Assembly (NCBI RefSeq): GCF_018977255.1
Contig: NW_024704742.1
Span: 76,510,001 to 76,574,000 of the forward strand
Length of the DNA: 64,000 bases
Origin: Callorhinchus milii
Taxonomy: Eukaryota
Direction of reading: 5' to 3'
The notes beneath the pieces were generated by a model. That model worked only from the letters and a program-made list of their open reading frames with translations. It was not told the origin of the DNA and did no database searches. Positions 12,965 through 25,243 of this stretch are shown here, piece after piece (position 1 is the stretch's first letter; the number at the start of each line of letters is the position of its first letter). The position numbers were made by a program, and so were the translations under genes.

Positions 12965-13464
12965 CTGTAAGTGACAAAAAGAATGGTTTATTTCCTCCAA
13001 AGAAAAAAATGTTGTTCATTTTACACCACCAATTTTCTTCTCCATTCAACCTGAAAATCCCGATACAGCTACCTTCTGATACAAGTCCATTTTACAGTAC
13101 ACAGCAAGCATCACAGCCAAACCTTTCTGCCCTCACCCACCATCCAACACCTGCACTTTCTAGCAGAGGCCATCGAACAGTGAGTAGGGAGTGACAAACT
13201 TAAACTGGTTTCTCTCTCCTTGAGGCTTGATTAATGTATCTCATGGACACTCCAACTAAGATCAGCTGACACAACAGAGACCAAGGAATGGCAGCTATGG
13301 AATGTCAGCCAAGAATACAAGATCAAGTCCCAATATTGGGTTTGAACCGCAACCTTCTGATGCAGAAGCGAGAGTCCTACGGTCAGGCTAACATCTTTCG
13401 TCCCATGAATAAAATTATCCTGCTAACGTCACTCTCAATAGTTCATGTAACATCTTACAGAGCT

Positions 13465-14000
13465 ACTACAACTATAACTTGCATTTACATAGCGCCCCTC
13501 ACACAGCGTAGCATCCCAGAGGGCTTGACAGTAACGGAGCACGAAGCCGAGCCAGGGGATGGGGGAGGTGACCGTAGGTGTGATCGAAGAGGAGGGTGCG
13601 ACATGAAGATGAGGAATGAGGGAGCAAGGCGGAGGGATTGTTCCAGAGTTTCGGGGCATAGTGGCTGAAAACACAGTCACCAATGGTGAATGGAAGACAC
13701 GAGGGACAAGCAGAAGGCCTGAGTCAGTCAAGTGGAGGCAGCGGGTAGTTAGTTGGGGAGAAAACAGATCGGTGAGGTAGGGAAGTGCTTGAACATGAAG
13801 GGATTTGAAGACAAGTGGGAGGATTTTGAAATCGATCTGCTCAGTGATAGGGAGCAAGTGGTTATAACTGGTGTGATGGGGTACGGAGTTTAGTGCAGGT
13901 GAGCATTTGGACAGTCGAGTTTTGGATTAACTGGATTTTGGGCATATTGCAGCTGGGGAGACCGGCGAGGAGGGAATTTGAATAATCGAGGAGTGAAGTG
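13465..14000 (-). mobile_element. L2 LINE 3' fragment
   Basis: LDYSNSLLAGLP...IQLIQN and LPITEQIDFKIL motifs. Confidence 0.8.
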
Positions 14001-14307
14001 CTTTTGAGCAGCACTGATGGAGACCTAGGAGCAGCCCAATGGCAGGCTGACGTGGCTGTGCAGGGTGAAAAGCATAGGCAGAGTGAGACAGGGGAAAATG
14101 AAGTAGTCAAGGTTCAATTTGAAGACTGGTTCCTTAAAGTTTTAAGAACTTTGAGATATCCTCCCAAATTGAAAGACGCTATGTAAATTGTATTGTATCT
14201 GCATCTCATTTGCCAATTTAAGTGGAAGAGGAGAGAGGAGAGAGCTAGAAAAAAAAAAGAGAAAATAATTGTGTAACCGAGCTGGAAGGCATCAGGGAAA
14301 GTCTTAC

Positions 14308-14447
14308 CAATGTGATAATTTCTTGCGATAATGTGGTAAACTCGACTGACCGTCTTATGGACAATTTTTTGTCATAGGTAAGGTTCAGTATGCGGAAATC
14401 CCCCCTGAAGTAAACAGAACTGGAATTGTCAGGTACAGGTTCAGGTC
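14308..14447 (-). pseudogene. Copy D SEA-domain exon 1
   Basis: Acceptor ctttcatag|GA, donor TTG|gtaaga. PEPVPDNSSSVYFRGDFRILNLTYDKKLSIRRSVEFTTLSQEIITL matches the SEA N-terminal pattern (YF.G.F.I.N..Y...L....S.EF..L...I). Confidence 0.85.
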
Positions 14448-14682
14448 CTATGAAAGAGAAACAGAAAGAAGAACTGTTTTTACAATAAATAATAATTGCA
14501 ATAAATTCATTAATAAGAGTCAACCGGAAATTATCTCCACATCCAGTGACTTTTCCGCTCCTCCAGATGCACTAAGAAGACTATTTCAGTGTCATGGAGA
14601 CTGGGAACCTATCTGGATCAGCAATTGGTTTACCAATTCAGAGATGTATGACGTGTGTATTAACCAGTAGACTTCCTCTTAC

Positions 14683-14821
14683 CTCTAGGTGGCAGAAACA
14701 TCAACAGTAAGACAATCATTGTGATTCCAAGGATCAGACCAGCGAAAATAATCAGCAATATTATCCAAGAAGATTTCATTTTGATTATTTGTAGGTTTCA
14801 GTACTATAAGCTTCGGCTTGC
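14683..14821 (-). pseudogene. Copy D exon with start codon (ATG at 14779) and signal-anchor TM helix
   Basis: Acceptor ttcttcacag|G, donor G|gtaaga. Encodes MKSSWIILLIIFAGLILGITMIVLLLMFLPPR. An in-frame TAG lies upstream of the ATG. Joins the next exon in phase 1. Confidence 0.8.
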
Positions 14822-15627
14822 CTGTGAAGAAACATAATTGTTTGTTCATCTTTAAAACTTAGGTAATGCTTGAGATCATTGAAGAGTGGAATTAGGAACG
14901 AGTGGGGAGAAATTCCACCTGGGTCTAGATTTACCCTATTTATGTAGTATTTCAGAGCATCCAGAATTTGGCAAATTCTTAAATACTGTCTTAATTTTGA
15001 AGTCAGTTTCCTATAAGAACTATAGTAAACTAATTTCAAAGTTAAGACTGAAGTCAACTATTTGTCAAACTCTGGATGCCTTAAAATGTTACAAAGATAG
15101 AGTAAATAATAATACTTGCATTTCATATAATGCTTTCTCATGTTGTTGAGATGTGTCAAAGTGTTTCACACGATTTACTGTAAGATGCTGTGACCGTGTA
15201 CTTTATGGGTGAATCTAGATCACAATGGAATTTCTCCCTGAAGCAGAGAGTAATAATTGGCACTTGAACTGTGGAGAAGCAATGTAATGCTTCCCCTAAA
15301 ATGCACTATCCATGAAATGCTTCTTTAAAGGGAGAATGTTGTAAAGGTTCATGCTACAAAACAGAGCAATGAGAAAATCACTGACAGCTGAAGGAAAGTT
15401 TTCTCACAGCCTGTATCTGATCCTTTCTTGTGTTTTCAATGCTCTTTTCTTTTCTGTTTTGTTTGTCTGTCTATGTGAAATCTTTTACAAATAAAACATT
15501 TTCTCATCCATTTTCCTCAGGTTGAACACACAGATAATGAGCTGTGTAGGTCAGTTAGAGAAGCTGCAGGAATCACAATGTGATAACCAGTGAGAATCAC
15601 CGGGAATCAAAAAGTTGAAGTGAAAAT

Positions 15628-16640
15628 ACAACAACAACAAAATGACACTTGTATAGAGCCCTTCACGTTGGGAGGATGTCACAAGGCGCTGGATACTCAG
15701 TGTTTTGGACTCGAGTTGGTGGTCGGGATCAGGGAGGGTGGAGGGCAGTGGTGGGGAAAGAGAGTGACCAAAGGCACGGTTGAAGAGGAGGCTCTTGAGA
15801 CGGATCTTGAAGGAGAAAAGGGAGTGGATGAGGCGGCTTGGCTGCGGGATTGAGTTTCAGAGGTTGGGGGCAGAGTGGCAGAATGCCCACCCGCCAATGG
15901 TGGAGCAGGCATGGCAGGGTATTTTAAGCGTGCTGGAGCCCGCTGAGCAGAGGGAGCAGGCAGGTTGGTAGGGGATTAGGAGGTCACAGAGGTAGGGGGT
16001 AGCAAGGCCATGGAGGGCTTGGAAGGTAAGGACCAGGATCTTGAACTGTATATCCTCTCTGATAAGAAACCATTGGAATCAGGTGAGGACAACAACAACT
16101 TGTAGTTGTACTCGCCCACAAATATACAGTCAATTTACTTTACAGTGTGTTCTGTGAAGCGATTTGGGACGTCCTCCCGACGTGAAAAGCGCTATATCAA
16201 ATGCAAGGATTATTATTATTATTGTATAGTGCCCTCCATACAGGGTAGCATCTCAAAATGCTTATAACAGGGGTGATAGGGAATCCCGGAAAAAAAATGG
16301 GCTGCAGAGTTCTGGATGATCTGCAGCCTATGGAGGGAGGAGTTGGGGGCGCCAACAAGAGTGAGTTTGCATAGTTAAGCCTGGATGTTATGAATGTTTA
16401 TGATGGTCTCGGCAGCTTGTGGTGTGAGTCAATGGAGGAGCCGGGTGATGTTGAGGAGGTGGAGGAAGGCAGAGCGGATCATGACACAGATGTGGTGTAT
16501 GAAGGATAGTTGAGGGTCATCCAGGACTTGATGCCTGACAATCTGTCAGGACAGCAGTGGTCCTGGAGTCAAGCGTGGAGGTAGAGAGAAAGAATTGGAT
16601 GTCATCTACACACATGTGGAAATCGACCCTGTGTCTGTAA
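15628..16640 (-). mobile_element. L2 LINE fragments with a nested SINE tail (16110-16225)
   Basis: Tail ...gacatcctcccaacgtgaaggg...(ttg)n and an MCVDDIQ motif near 16600. Confidence 0.75.
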
Positions 16641-19101
16641 TTTAGGGCAAAAATAATAATTTGTAAGTGAATGATTTTGGAAGAAAATAAATCTTACAAC
16701 ATTTTGCCAGTAATCACATTGTCCATCCATCTGAAGCAGGATGTACTGTGAAGTGCCAGTGTATTCCCTCTGGCTTGGCATTGTGCTCCACCACTGTCAA
16801 GCATTCTCAGATATTACCCTGCATGAGTGGTGCTATATAAATGCAAGTTGTTGTTATTCAATAGGCCAGAAGTGGTCTGCTGGGCTGTTAAAACCGCATA
16901 GCTTGCCATTGACATTGCGGCCTGGCAAGGTCTCCCAGGTCCTGCTGATGAGCTAGGCTGGCTGTGCTGTCATCAGCAGTGCCCTGGCTCAGGAACAGGC
17001 CTACCGAGACCACCAGAGAGGGATGGCTTGATGTTGGCATTATGTTGCCAGGCATGTCACCCTGAAGCCAGTTGCATTTGTTATGGTGCCTGAAGATGTT
17101 GTTGGGACATCTCAAAGTGCTTTACAGGATATACTGTAGAATGGATTGACTGTGTATTTTGTGGGCAAAACTCAGCTGCCAATTGTGCACAGCAATGTCC
17201 CACAAACAGCTCCGGAATGAGTGGACAATTTCATTTGGGGGGATTGTTGGCCAGGACACCAGGAGAATCCCCCTTCTTTATTCGAATAATGCCATGAGAT
17301 CTTCAATATCCACCTGAACAGACAGATGGGACCTTGGTTTGACATCTCATCCGATGGATGGCACCTCTGACATTGCAGCTCAATCCCAACACTGCATTAC
17401 AGTGTCAGCTTAATCTATGCCAAGTGTCGATGTGGGGCTTGAACCCATAATCTTCTGACTCAAAGGCAAGAGTGCTAACACTGCACAAGAGGACACACAA
17501 ACTATTATCCACGAAAAGCAATCTCCAATTGACTAACAATTGAGTTCTTACTTTCTGCTTGGTGAACAGAGGGATTTTGGAGCAAGGCACCTTGCCTAAG
17601 GTTTCGCCCCATCTGGGAATTAAATCGGATCCTCTCACTTGTTAGCGAGTGCTCTAATCACTATGTTACTGCACTCCATACGAGAAAATCTCAGTAGTTT
17701 AGTTTGAATACGCTTATGTGATGGGTTTCTGTAACCTTGAAAATGAAAAGATTTTTTTTTATCTGTGATCAAGTTTTCTTAATTTAAGGAGACAGAAAGA
17801 AAACTGTCTGGTATGAATGAACAAGAAAAACCTGTTCACTTAAGACAGTGTGAGTTCCGAGCATGCCTAATCAGATATTCCATCAGGTTAGATTGACTGC
17901 TTTTAAAGAGCAACTTCATTGGTCCATAGATGAGACGGTAATTGAAGTTCTTTCTACCTATTCAGCTGTTAAAGATCTGATGTCACGATTAAAAAAAAGT
18001 GAGTTTCTCACGGTGTCCTGGCTGACAATTGTTTCAAATAAAATTGGTCATTCCCTGCATGGCTGTTTGTGGGACATTATTGTGTGCAAATTGGCTGCCA
18101 TGTTTACCCATAAAACATGCACCGTCAATCCTGTGATGCACTTTGAAATGTCCTACCGCTGCACCAGGCTGACACAGGCTTTCTGCACATTCTTACACCC
18201 TTCTCTGCAACATTACTGGCCAAACCTTCAGTTATCATGCCTTAACGCGGCGGCCAATTGCACACAGGAATCCAGTTGTTAGTCAATGGTGGATCGTTTT
18301 GCAGGGGTAATAACCCTTTCAAAAGAAACCAATATCTTTGGTCATTCAATCCACGATTGTCTGTGGGACACTGTTGTTTGCAATTGGTTGCCGCGTTTTT
18401 GCCCACAAAATATAGAGTCAATTCACTTGACAATATATTCTGTGAAGCTCTTTGAGACATCTGAAGACGTGTTAAGGCACTATATGAAATGCAAGAATTA
18501 TTATTGTTATTATGATTATTACAGGGCAGCTTCATCTGTCTATGGATGAGACGGTAACTGAGGTCTTGTCTGGATCAGGAACTGGACTGCAACAACAACT
18601 ATTTGCATTTATATAGCCTCCTCCACGCTGGGCAGCCTCCCAGAATGCCCCAGGGACTACTGAGACCACCACAGAGGGCTGGCTTGATTCCAACTTTCCA
18701 TTGCCAGGCATGTCATCTTGGAGCCAATTGAGCTCCAAGGAGACCTCACTTACCTCCTCCCCAAGGAGGACAGTCATTCAGCACTCTGCCTGCGAAATAG
18801 AACACAGCAAATCTTGATAGGGATCTGACGGCTCTGCCCCTGGTTCCCCAGAATAGTACAAAGAACACACCTGAACCGGATTCCGATACAGTTTTCCCCT
18901 GCAGCTGGTAACACAAGTCTTAGCCTGTGATGCCATTTGGTCTTAAAAATCAAGATTGCACAAATTCTGGAAATGTTTTAAATTTTCATAAATTTAGTTA
19001 ATTTAGAAGTAAATTCTTTCTTAGAACTATGAAAAAATTGCTTCCAAATAAATACTTCATTCCCACAACAATATTGGCCTCTAAACCCAATCTTCCAAAG
19101 A

Positions 19102-19419
19102 GGAGTCCTGTAGCTCAGTGGTTAGAGCACTCGCTTTGCAAGCGAGAGACCTGAGTTCAATTCCAGGCAGGGCGAAACCTTGGGCAAGTTTCCTTACTCC
19201 ACACGCCTAATAATAATCCCTCCAAAAACCAAAACAATAATAAATTGGTCATTTTCAATCTACGACTGTTTATGGCACATTGCTGTGCGCAATTGGCTGC
19301 CGCGTTCGCCCACAAATATACAGTCAATTCACTTTACAGTGTGTTCTGTGAAGCGTTTTGGGACATCCTCCCGACGTGAAAAGCGCTATATCAAATCCAA
19401 GGATTATTATTATTATTAT
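19102..19419 (+). mobile_element. Young tRNA-derived SINE, full length
   Basis: Near-identical to 9819-10143. Confidence 0.9.
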
Positions 19420-20505
19420 CTCTTACATGCCAGTTCTCATCCTTATTTTTCCCAATCTCAAGGCTAAACTCATTCCTTTACAATTCTTTTCTTGTTTCCC
19501 TGGGGACACGTAATCTGCAATGTTTTCCAAATCACAAATCATTGATTTTAGAGTGCAGTAATTAAAATACACTAATGTGTGAGTGTGTGTTTGTGTGTGA
19601 GAGTGGGGGGGAGGGGGCATGCGGCATGTGATGTGATCAATTCAATCTAGATCTGTTTAGTTGGGATCCTTCATCTGGGTATGAAACATTATAAGGTTCA
19701 CATTATTGGATCAGAGATCTACGATGTCACCAAAGCTACGAGGAAATCTCCCTGTAGAGATTCGCCAGTCTAGTCTGTCTCCCTTGTTGTTGCATTCACA
19801 ACCTCTCGTTTTAATGGACAACCAGCTCCACTTGACATCTGTCCACAATGGAAAATCCAGACTTATCTTGCAAGCCTAGAAGGAAAGGGACTTGACCATA
19901 ATGGGCAAAGGTTCAGGGTTGTGATGTACATCAAAGTACATCATAGTGTATTATCGAGGTGGCTGGCATGTCACAAGCTGCCTGTAGAGGTCCTCCCACC
20001 ACTCTGAAGGCAAATGTCCACCAGACAGCTGGTGAGGAAACTCTGAGGCTTGGAGTGACAGATGCTGGAGGGCGTTACCTGGAGTCTGAGTTGGCGAATA
20101 TACCCAGTGCCTGGAATCCACCTTGATTGCCTTGCAGAGAGGCAAGTAACGCCTCCTTAATCTCCGCACCTCACTACAAGTAATGAGCCAGAAATAGTTA
20201 GCAATCTGGTGGTGAGAGAGAATCTTGGGAAGTGGTGAACTCAACACTGTATGAAAGAGAAATTGTTCACAATCAGTACAATGTGCTCATATCTAATTGT
20301 GAGAGTAATCCAGTACGTAGACATAGCAAACGTTAAACACTGAAATTTTATTGAGAGCATATGAAGTTACAGAAAATCCTCACATATTGCACGATCGTGT
20401 TCAAATATAACAAAGGCACTTCAGCAGCTGTTTAAACATAGATCACAGGAGTTTTTAGGAAACACAACATTAGCAGTTTATAAACATTACAGAGAATGAT
20501 ACAAG

Positions 20506-20826
20506 TAATAATAATAATAATCCTTGCATTTGATATAGTGCTTTTCACGTCGGGAGGACGTCCTAAAGCGCTTCACAGAACACACTGTAAAGTGAATTGA
20601 CTGTATATTTGTGGGCGAACGCGGCAGCCAATTGCGCACAGCAATGTCCACAAACAGTCGTAGATTGAAAATGACCAATTTATTATTGGTTTTTTTTTTG
20701 GAGGGATTATTATTAGGCGTGTGGAGTAAGGAAACTTGCCCAAGGTTTCGCCCTGACCTGCCTGGAATTGAACTCGGGTCTCTCGCTTGCAAAGAGAATG
20801 CTCTAACCACTGAGCTGCAGGACTCC
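20506..20826 (-). mobile_element. Young tRNA-derived SINE, full length
   Basis: Reverse complement of the same family. Apparent TSD caagta on both sides. Confidence 0.9.
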
Positions 20827-20879
20827 AAGTAGAACAACAACTTGCATTTATTGCATTTATGTTTTCATAAGTCCCATTC

Positions 20880-22325
20880 CACTTGAACCCTGAACCTGGC
20901 CCCGTTCATTGAGAACTGCCGGCGTGACATCAGGCATGTCAGTTTCTCCACTTCCCTCTTCCACTCAAATCTTTCTCCTTCTGAACATGCAGCACTCTCT
21001 CAGGACCAATTCTGACATCATTGTGAAACCCGTCGACAAGGGAGGTGCTGTCCTCGTCTGGCGAAAGCACCTCTACCTGGCGGAGGCTGAACGCCAACTC
21101 TCTGATGACTCCTCCTACCTACCCCTGGAACATGACCCCACACCTGATCACCAAGCCATCATTACCGAGATAGTCAATCTCCTCTGGGGAGCTTCCTGCC
21201 ACAGCCTACAACCTCATACCCTTCCAGCCACACACAGCCCGCCTCTACCTCCTCCCCAAGATCCCTTCCCTTCTGACACCCACCGCCATTTCAATAATTT
21301 TAAGTTCCCTGGCCCTGACCGTCTTCTATTTACAATGGACGTTCAGTCCCTCTACACCTCTATTCCCCACAAGGACATCCTGCAGCCCTCTGCTTCCACC
21401 GCAAACAGCGGCCTAACCAGTCTCCATCCACCATCACCCTCCTCCACCTGGCTGAGCTTGTCCTGACATTGAACAACTTCACCTTCAACTCCAACCACTT
21501 CCTCCAAGTAAAAGGTGTCACAATGGGAACCCGCATGGGTCCCGGCTACACCTGCCTGTTTGTTGGCCACCTGGAACACTCTTTGTTCTGGACCTACTCA
21601 GGTCCACTCCCTGACCAGTTCCTCAGGTACATCAACGACTGTGTTTGGGCTGCTTCCTGCTCTCACAGTGAGCTGGAACAATTCATCAATTTTGCTTCCT
21701 CCTTCCACCTCTCCATAACATTCACATGGTCCATCTCTGACTCTTTCCTTTCTCAACTTCACCATTTCCATCTCAGGGCATAGATTATCAACAGATATCT
21801 TTTACAAACCCACCAACTCCCACAGCTACCTGGACTACATCTCCTCCCATCCCACTTACTGTAAAGACTCCATTCCCTTTTCCCAGCTCTTCCACCTCCA
21901 CCACATCTGCTCTGACGATACCATCTCTCATACCAGAGCAGCTGAAATGTCTTCCCTTTTCCTCGACTGAGGATTCCCATCCACTCCAATAGGCAGAGCC
22001 ATTGTTTGTGTCCACCCTATTTCCTGCACCTCTGCCCTCACCCCTCTTTCCAGAACCGTGAAAGGGTCCCCTTAGTGCCCATCTTCAACCCGCACTGGCC
22101 TCAACATACAATAAACAATTCTCTGCCATTTCCGGTACCTCCAGCGTGATACAACCACAAAGCATATCTTTCCCTCCCCTCCCAGCATTCCAAAGGGATC
22201 GTTCCCTCTGTAAGCCTCTGGTTCATTCCTCCATCACCACCAACAGTTGCTCTCCTCTCCCCAGCACCTTCCCATGCCAGCTCAGGAGATGCATTACCTG
22301 CCCTTTCACCTCCTCCCATATAATC

Positions 22326-22376
<51 letters not shown>

Positions 22377-23165
22377 TCACTGTCCAGGGCCCCAAACACA
22401 GTTTTCAAGCGAGACAGTGATTTACGTGCATTACCACCAATATAAGTTACTGCATTCACTTCTCACTATGTGGTCCCCTCTACAATGGGGAGATGAAACG
22501 CAGATTGGGTGACTGATTTGCTGAACACCTTCGTTCTGTCCGCGAGGGCAACTCTGAGCTTCCGGTTTCTTGTCATTTCAACTCTCCCTCCCACTCGCAC
22601 TCTGACCTCTCCTTCCGCAGCGTCTCCTACGCTTTTCCAATGAGCCATAGCGCAAACTCGAGGAAATGCACCTCATTTATCTGCTACAGACCTTACAGCC
22701 CTCTGGCCTCAATATTCATTTCAACAATTTCACACCATAACAGCTCCCCTTCCTCCCTCCCTCTTCTGTGACTATTACCACATCATCTGCGTCCCAGACA
22801 CCTTTGCTCTCTCTGGTCTGCCTATTTTGTTGCAATTTCCCCCATTTGTTTTGCATTATTAACATCTCTATTCCCTCTTTTGTTGTAATTCCCCCTTTGT
22901 TTTGCATCATTTACAACTTTTTAACCCATCATCATCTGTCCTCTACCCATTTTCTCCTTTGTGTTCCTTGCCCTGCCTCCACTCTCTCTGTTAGCCCTTA
23001 AAAGCCTCTTCCTCCCAACATGCCCTAGTTCTCATGAAGTGTCGTGGACCCAAAACATTGACCCACTTTCCTTTCTCCATAGATGCTGCCTGACCTGCTG
23101 AGTGTTCCCAGCGACTTCTGTTTTTGTTTCAGATTTCCAGCATTTGCTGTATTTTGTGTTTTGTT
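20880..23165 (+). mobile_element. Degenerate Penelope-like retroelement (RT plus GIY-YIG endonuclease) with 3' terminal region
   Basis: KPVDKGGAV, FTMDVQSLYTSIPH, NNFTFN..FLQVKGVTMGTRMGPGY, FLRYIND and YKPTNSHSYL. GIY-YIG-like remnant (SYCI....CGPLY.GE.KRRL...FAEH) at about 22440-22530. Degenerate hammerhead-like motif at 23027-23063. Confidence 0.88.
22328..22376 (+). repeat. (AAT)n microsatellite inside the Penelope element
   Basis: About 16 perfect units. Confidence 0.95.
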
Positions 23166-23471
23166 TGTACTTGCAATTATATTTCACCGTTCATGCAAGA
23201 CAGTGTCTTGGAACACTGATCAATAGCAGACCTACATTACAAAAGAACACCAAATAGCAAAGTAAAATTAAAACAAAGTGGCCCAACTATAGTGTTGTCC
23301 TTTACCATTCACAAAGTGCGAGCAATAGCTTCCAGTGTAAATGTACATCACCAACATGTTTGCACAAATAAAGGCAATGGCACATCTACTTGCATTATAA
23401 ATAGAAGAGGTATTACATTAGTCTGTATCCTAATTTGTTAACATGGTTCTGCCACAAATTATTTCAGTTCT

Positions 23472-23639
23472 CTACACACCGGTCTCCTGCAGCACCCAAT
23501 CTCTGAGGGATGTGACACGAGCGTAACCGTCAGGGATATGTGGTAAACCACAGCCTAATCCTGGAGCAAAGCTTGCAATTCCAGCCTGAAGCCACGACCC
23601 ATCAGACTGTTGACAGACTAGTGGGCCTCCTGAATCACC
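23472..23639 (-). pseudogene. Copy C protease exon SP4 (open frame, Ser195 intact)
   Basis: Acceptor atcacag|GGT. Encodes [55 protein letters not shown] (TAG). Confidence 0.92.
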
Positions 23640-24224
23640 CTGTGATAAATAAAAAGCACAGTCAAAGTTACATGGTAATTATTGATGTGAAATACCATCA
23701 GGAACTATGTTTATCAAGTAGTCTCGCTTAAAAGTGAAGCATGGCATTGGGTTGAATGACATATCCTTTATAGACCAGATCTGTAGAGACACACAGCAGG
23801 TTACCTGCAAGACTTGGTTCCATTTGTATTGGTTGCTATTGTCTGAATAAAAACTGCAAACCAACCTAACAGTGGGTAAAAGACAGGGGGCTGTATCTTA
23901 AATTTTTAAACCAAATTAGAGATCAAAAGGCCTGAATGAGAATACCTGAAGATTAATAGACATAATGTTAATAGACAAATATCACTAATAATATCCTGTT
24001 CCTCTTCACCTTAAGCCTAGTGTAAGAAAAGAGAATTAAGTAGCCGCTCTGTGTAACAGAGCGCCGATAACAGCAACATTGACACAGCCTTCTCATATTA
24101 AACTAACACAACAGAGTTTCACACTATCTTAAGATAGGAAATGAATGTCTACAACAAGACTAAATAGTGATATTAACTTGTTAAACAAATGTGAAGATTT
24201 CAATGATGTGAAATAAAAGTGTAC

Positions 24225-24361
24225 CTGACAAGTGCCAATTTGTTTTCCCCAAACGCTTGCACACAACATTCTGCTGGTAACAGTAATGGTAAAGACTTTG
24301 CTACACATGGAGTTATTGATGATTTTGACACTGGCTTTTTGAAGTCTGGTTGGTACATTAC
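24225..24361 (-). pseudogene. Copy C protease exon SP3 (open frame, Gly189)
   Basis: Acceptor ttttgtag|GT, donor CAG|gtacac. 137 nt, as in copy A. Encodes GNVPTRLQKASVKIINNSMCSKVFTITVTSRMLCASVWGKQIGTCQ. Confidence 0.9.
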
Positions 24362-24979
24362 CTACAAAAAACACTCAGCTGCAATTCAAGCTTCACTAGA
24401 GGGAGACTTCAAACACACAGTCATGATCATCTTGCACGTAGTTATCTTGATAGGACACTCAGCTTAAATTTGGTATTGGTGGTATTTGATGCCGAAGATT
24501 TGCTTAGGCCTCCTTTGCCATCGCTTCCTCCAGGACATCAGGTTAAGTTAGGCCCAGACTCCTAAATGAGTTCAGAAATAATGGTAGGGGTTGTGGGACC
24601 TCCTGACCAATAGTGGTCACAATATAATTGAGTTTTGTGAGGAATTTAGTAAATTGTTCACTGTGGCATTGACCAGGTTAACCACATGGTCTTTTCTGAT
24701 TCTAAACATCCTTATGTTCGTACATTGCTTCATGATGAATCATAATCTGCCAATATACTAATTTTATATCACAAATTCAGTATCAAACAGTATGAAATAG
24801 CTATTTGTGTGGATTTCCTTCAGATTTTCAATGCTGATAAAATCACATTTGAATTATTCAGGTTTTAGGTATCACACATTCACTGTCCCTGGAACTAGAA
24901 ACAGATGCCAAGCTGTTACTTCCCATTTGTACAGCTCAGTATAGAGGCTGTTCATAAACCTAACAATTGACACACTGAC

Positions 24980-25243
24980 CTTGATATGAAAGACATCCTG
25001 TGGCTGTGCAGGTCTGAGCATTAGAGAAGACGTGGGATCTTGACGGAAGACAAATTGGCCATGTAAAGTCAGTGAACGTGAGAGGAGAGGAAATTTCCAG
25101 CACTGCAATGTCATAGTCTAATTCATATAGAAAGAACATTGTAATAAGGATGAGTGATAATCCTTCTAATGGTTCTTGATATACCACCATCTAAAGTAGT
25201 TGACCCCATATAAGCTTTCCACAACGATGGGTTTGCCCCTCGA
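24980..25243 (-). pseudogene. Copy C protease exon SP2, frameshifted
   Basis: Acceptor tttaaag|T, donor G|gtcagt. RGANPSLWKAYMGSTTLDGGISRTIRRIITHPYY, then a 4-nt duplication (25129-25136) giving TGA. Downstream frame LYELDYDIAVLEISSPLTFTDFTWPICLP...CTATGCLSYQ, with 6 nt of the GWG motif deleted. Confidence 0.9.

Noticed and set aside
19951..20247. 98-aa ORF as a host gene
   Set aside because: No recognisable domain or splice context; likely old TE-derived sequence.
22146..22459. Poly-Ile ORFs on both strands
   Set aside because: Translation of an (AAT)n microsatellite.
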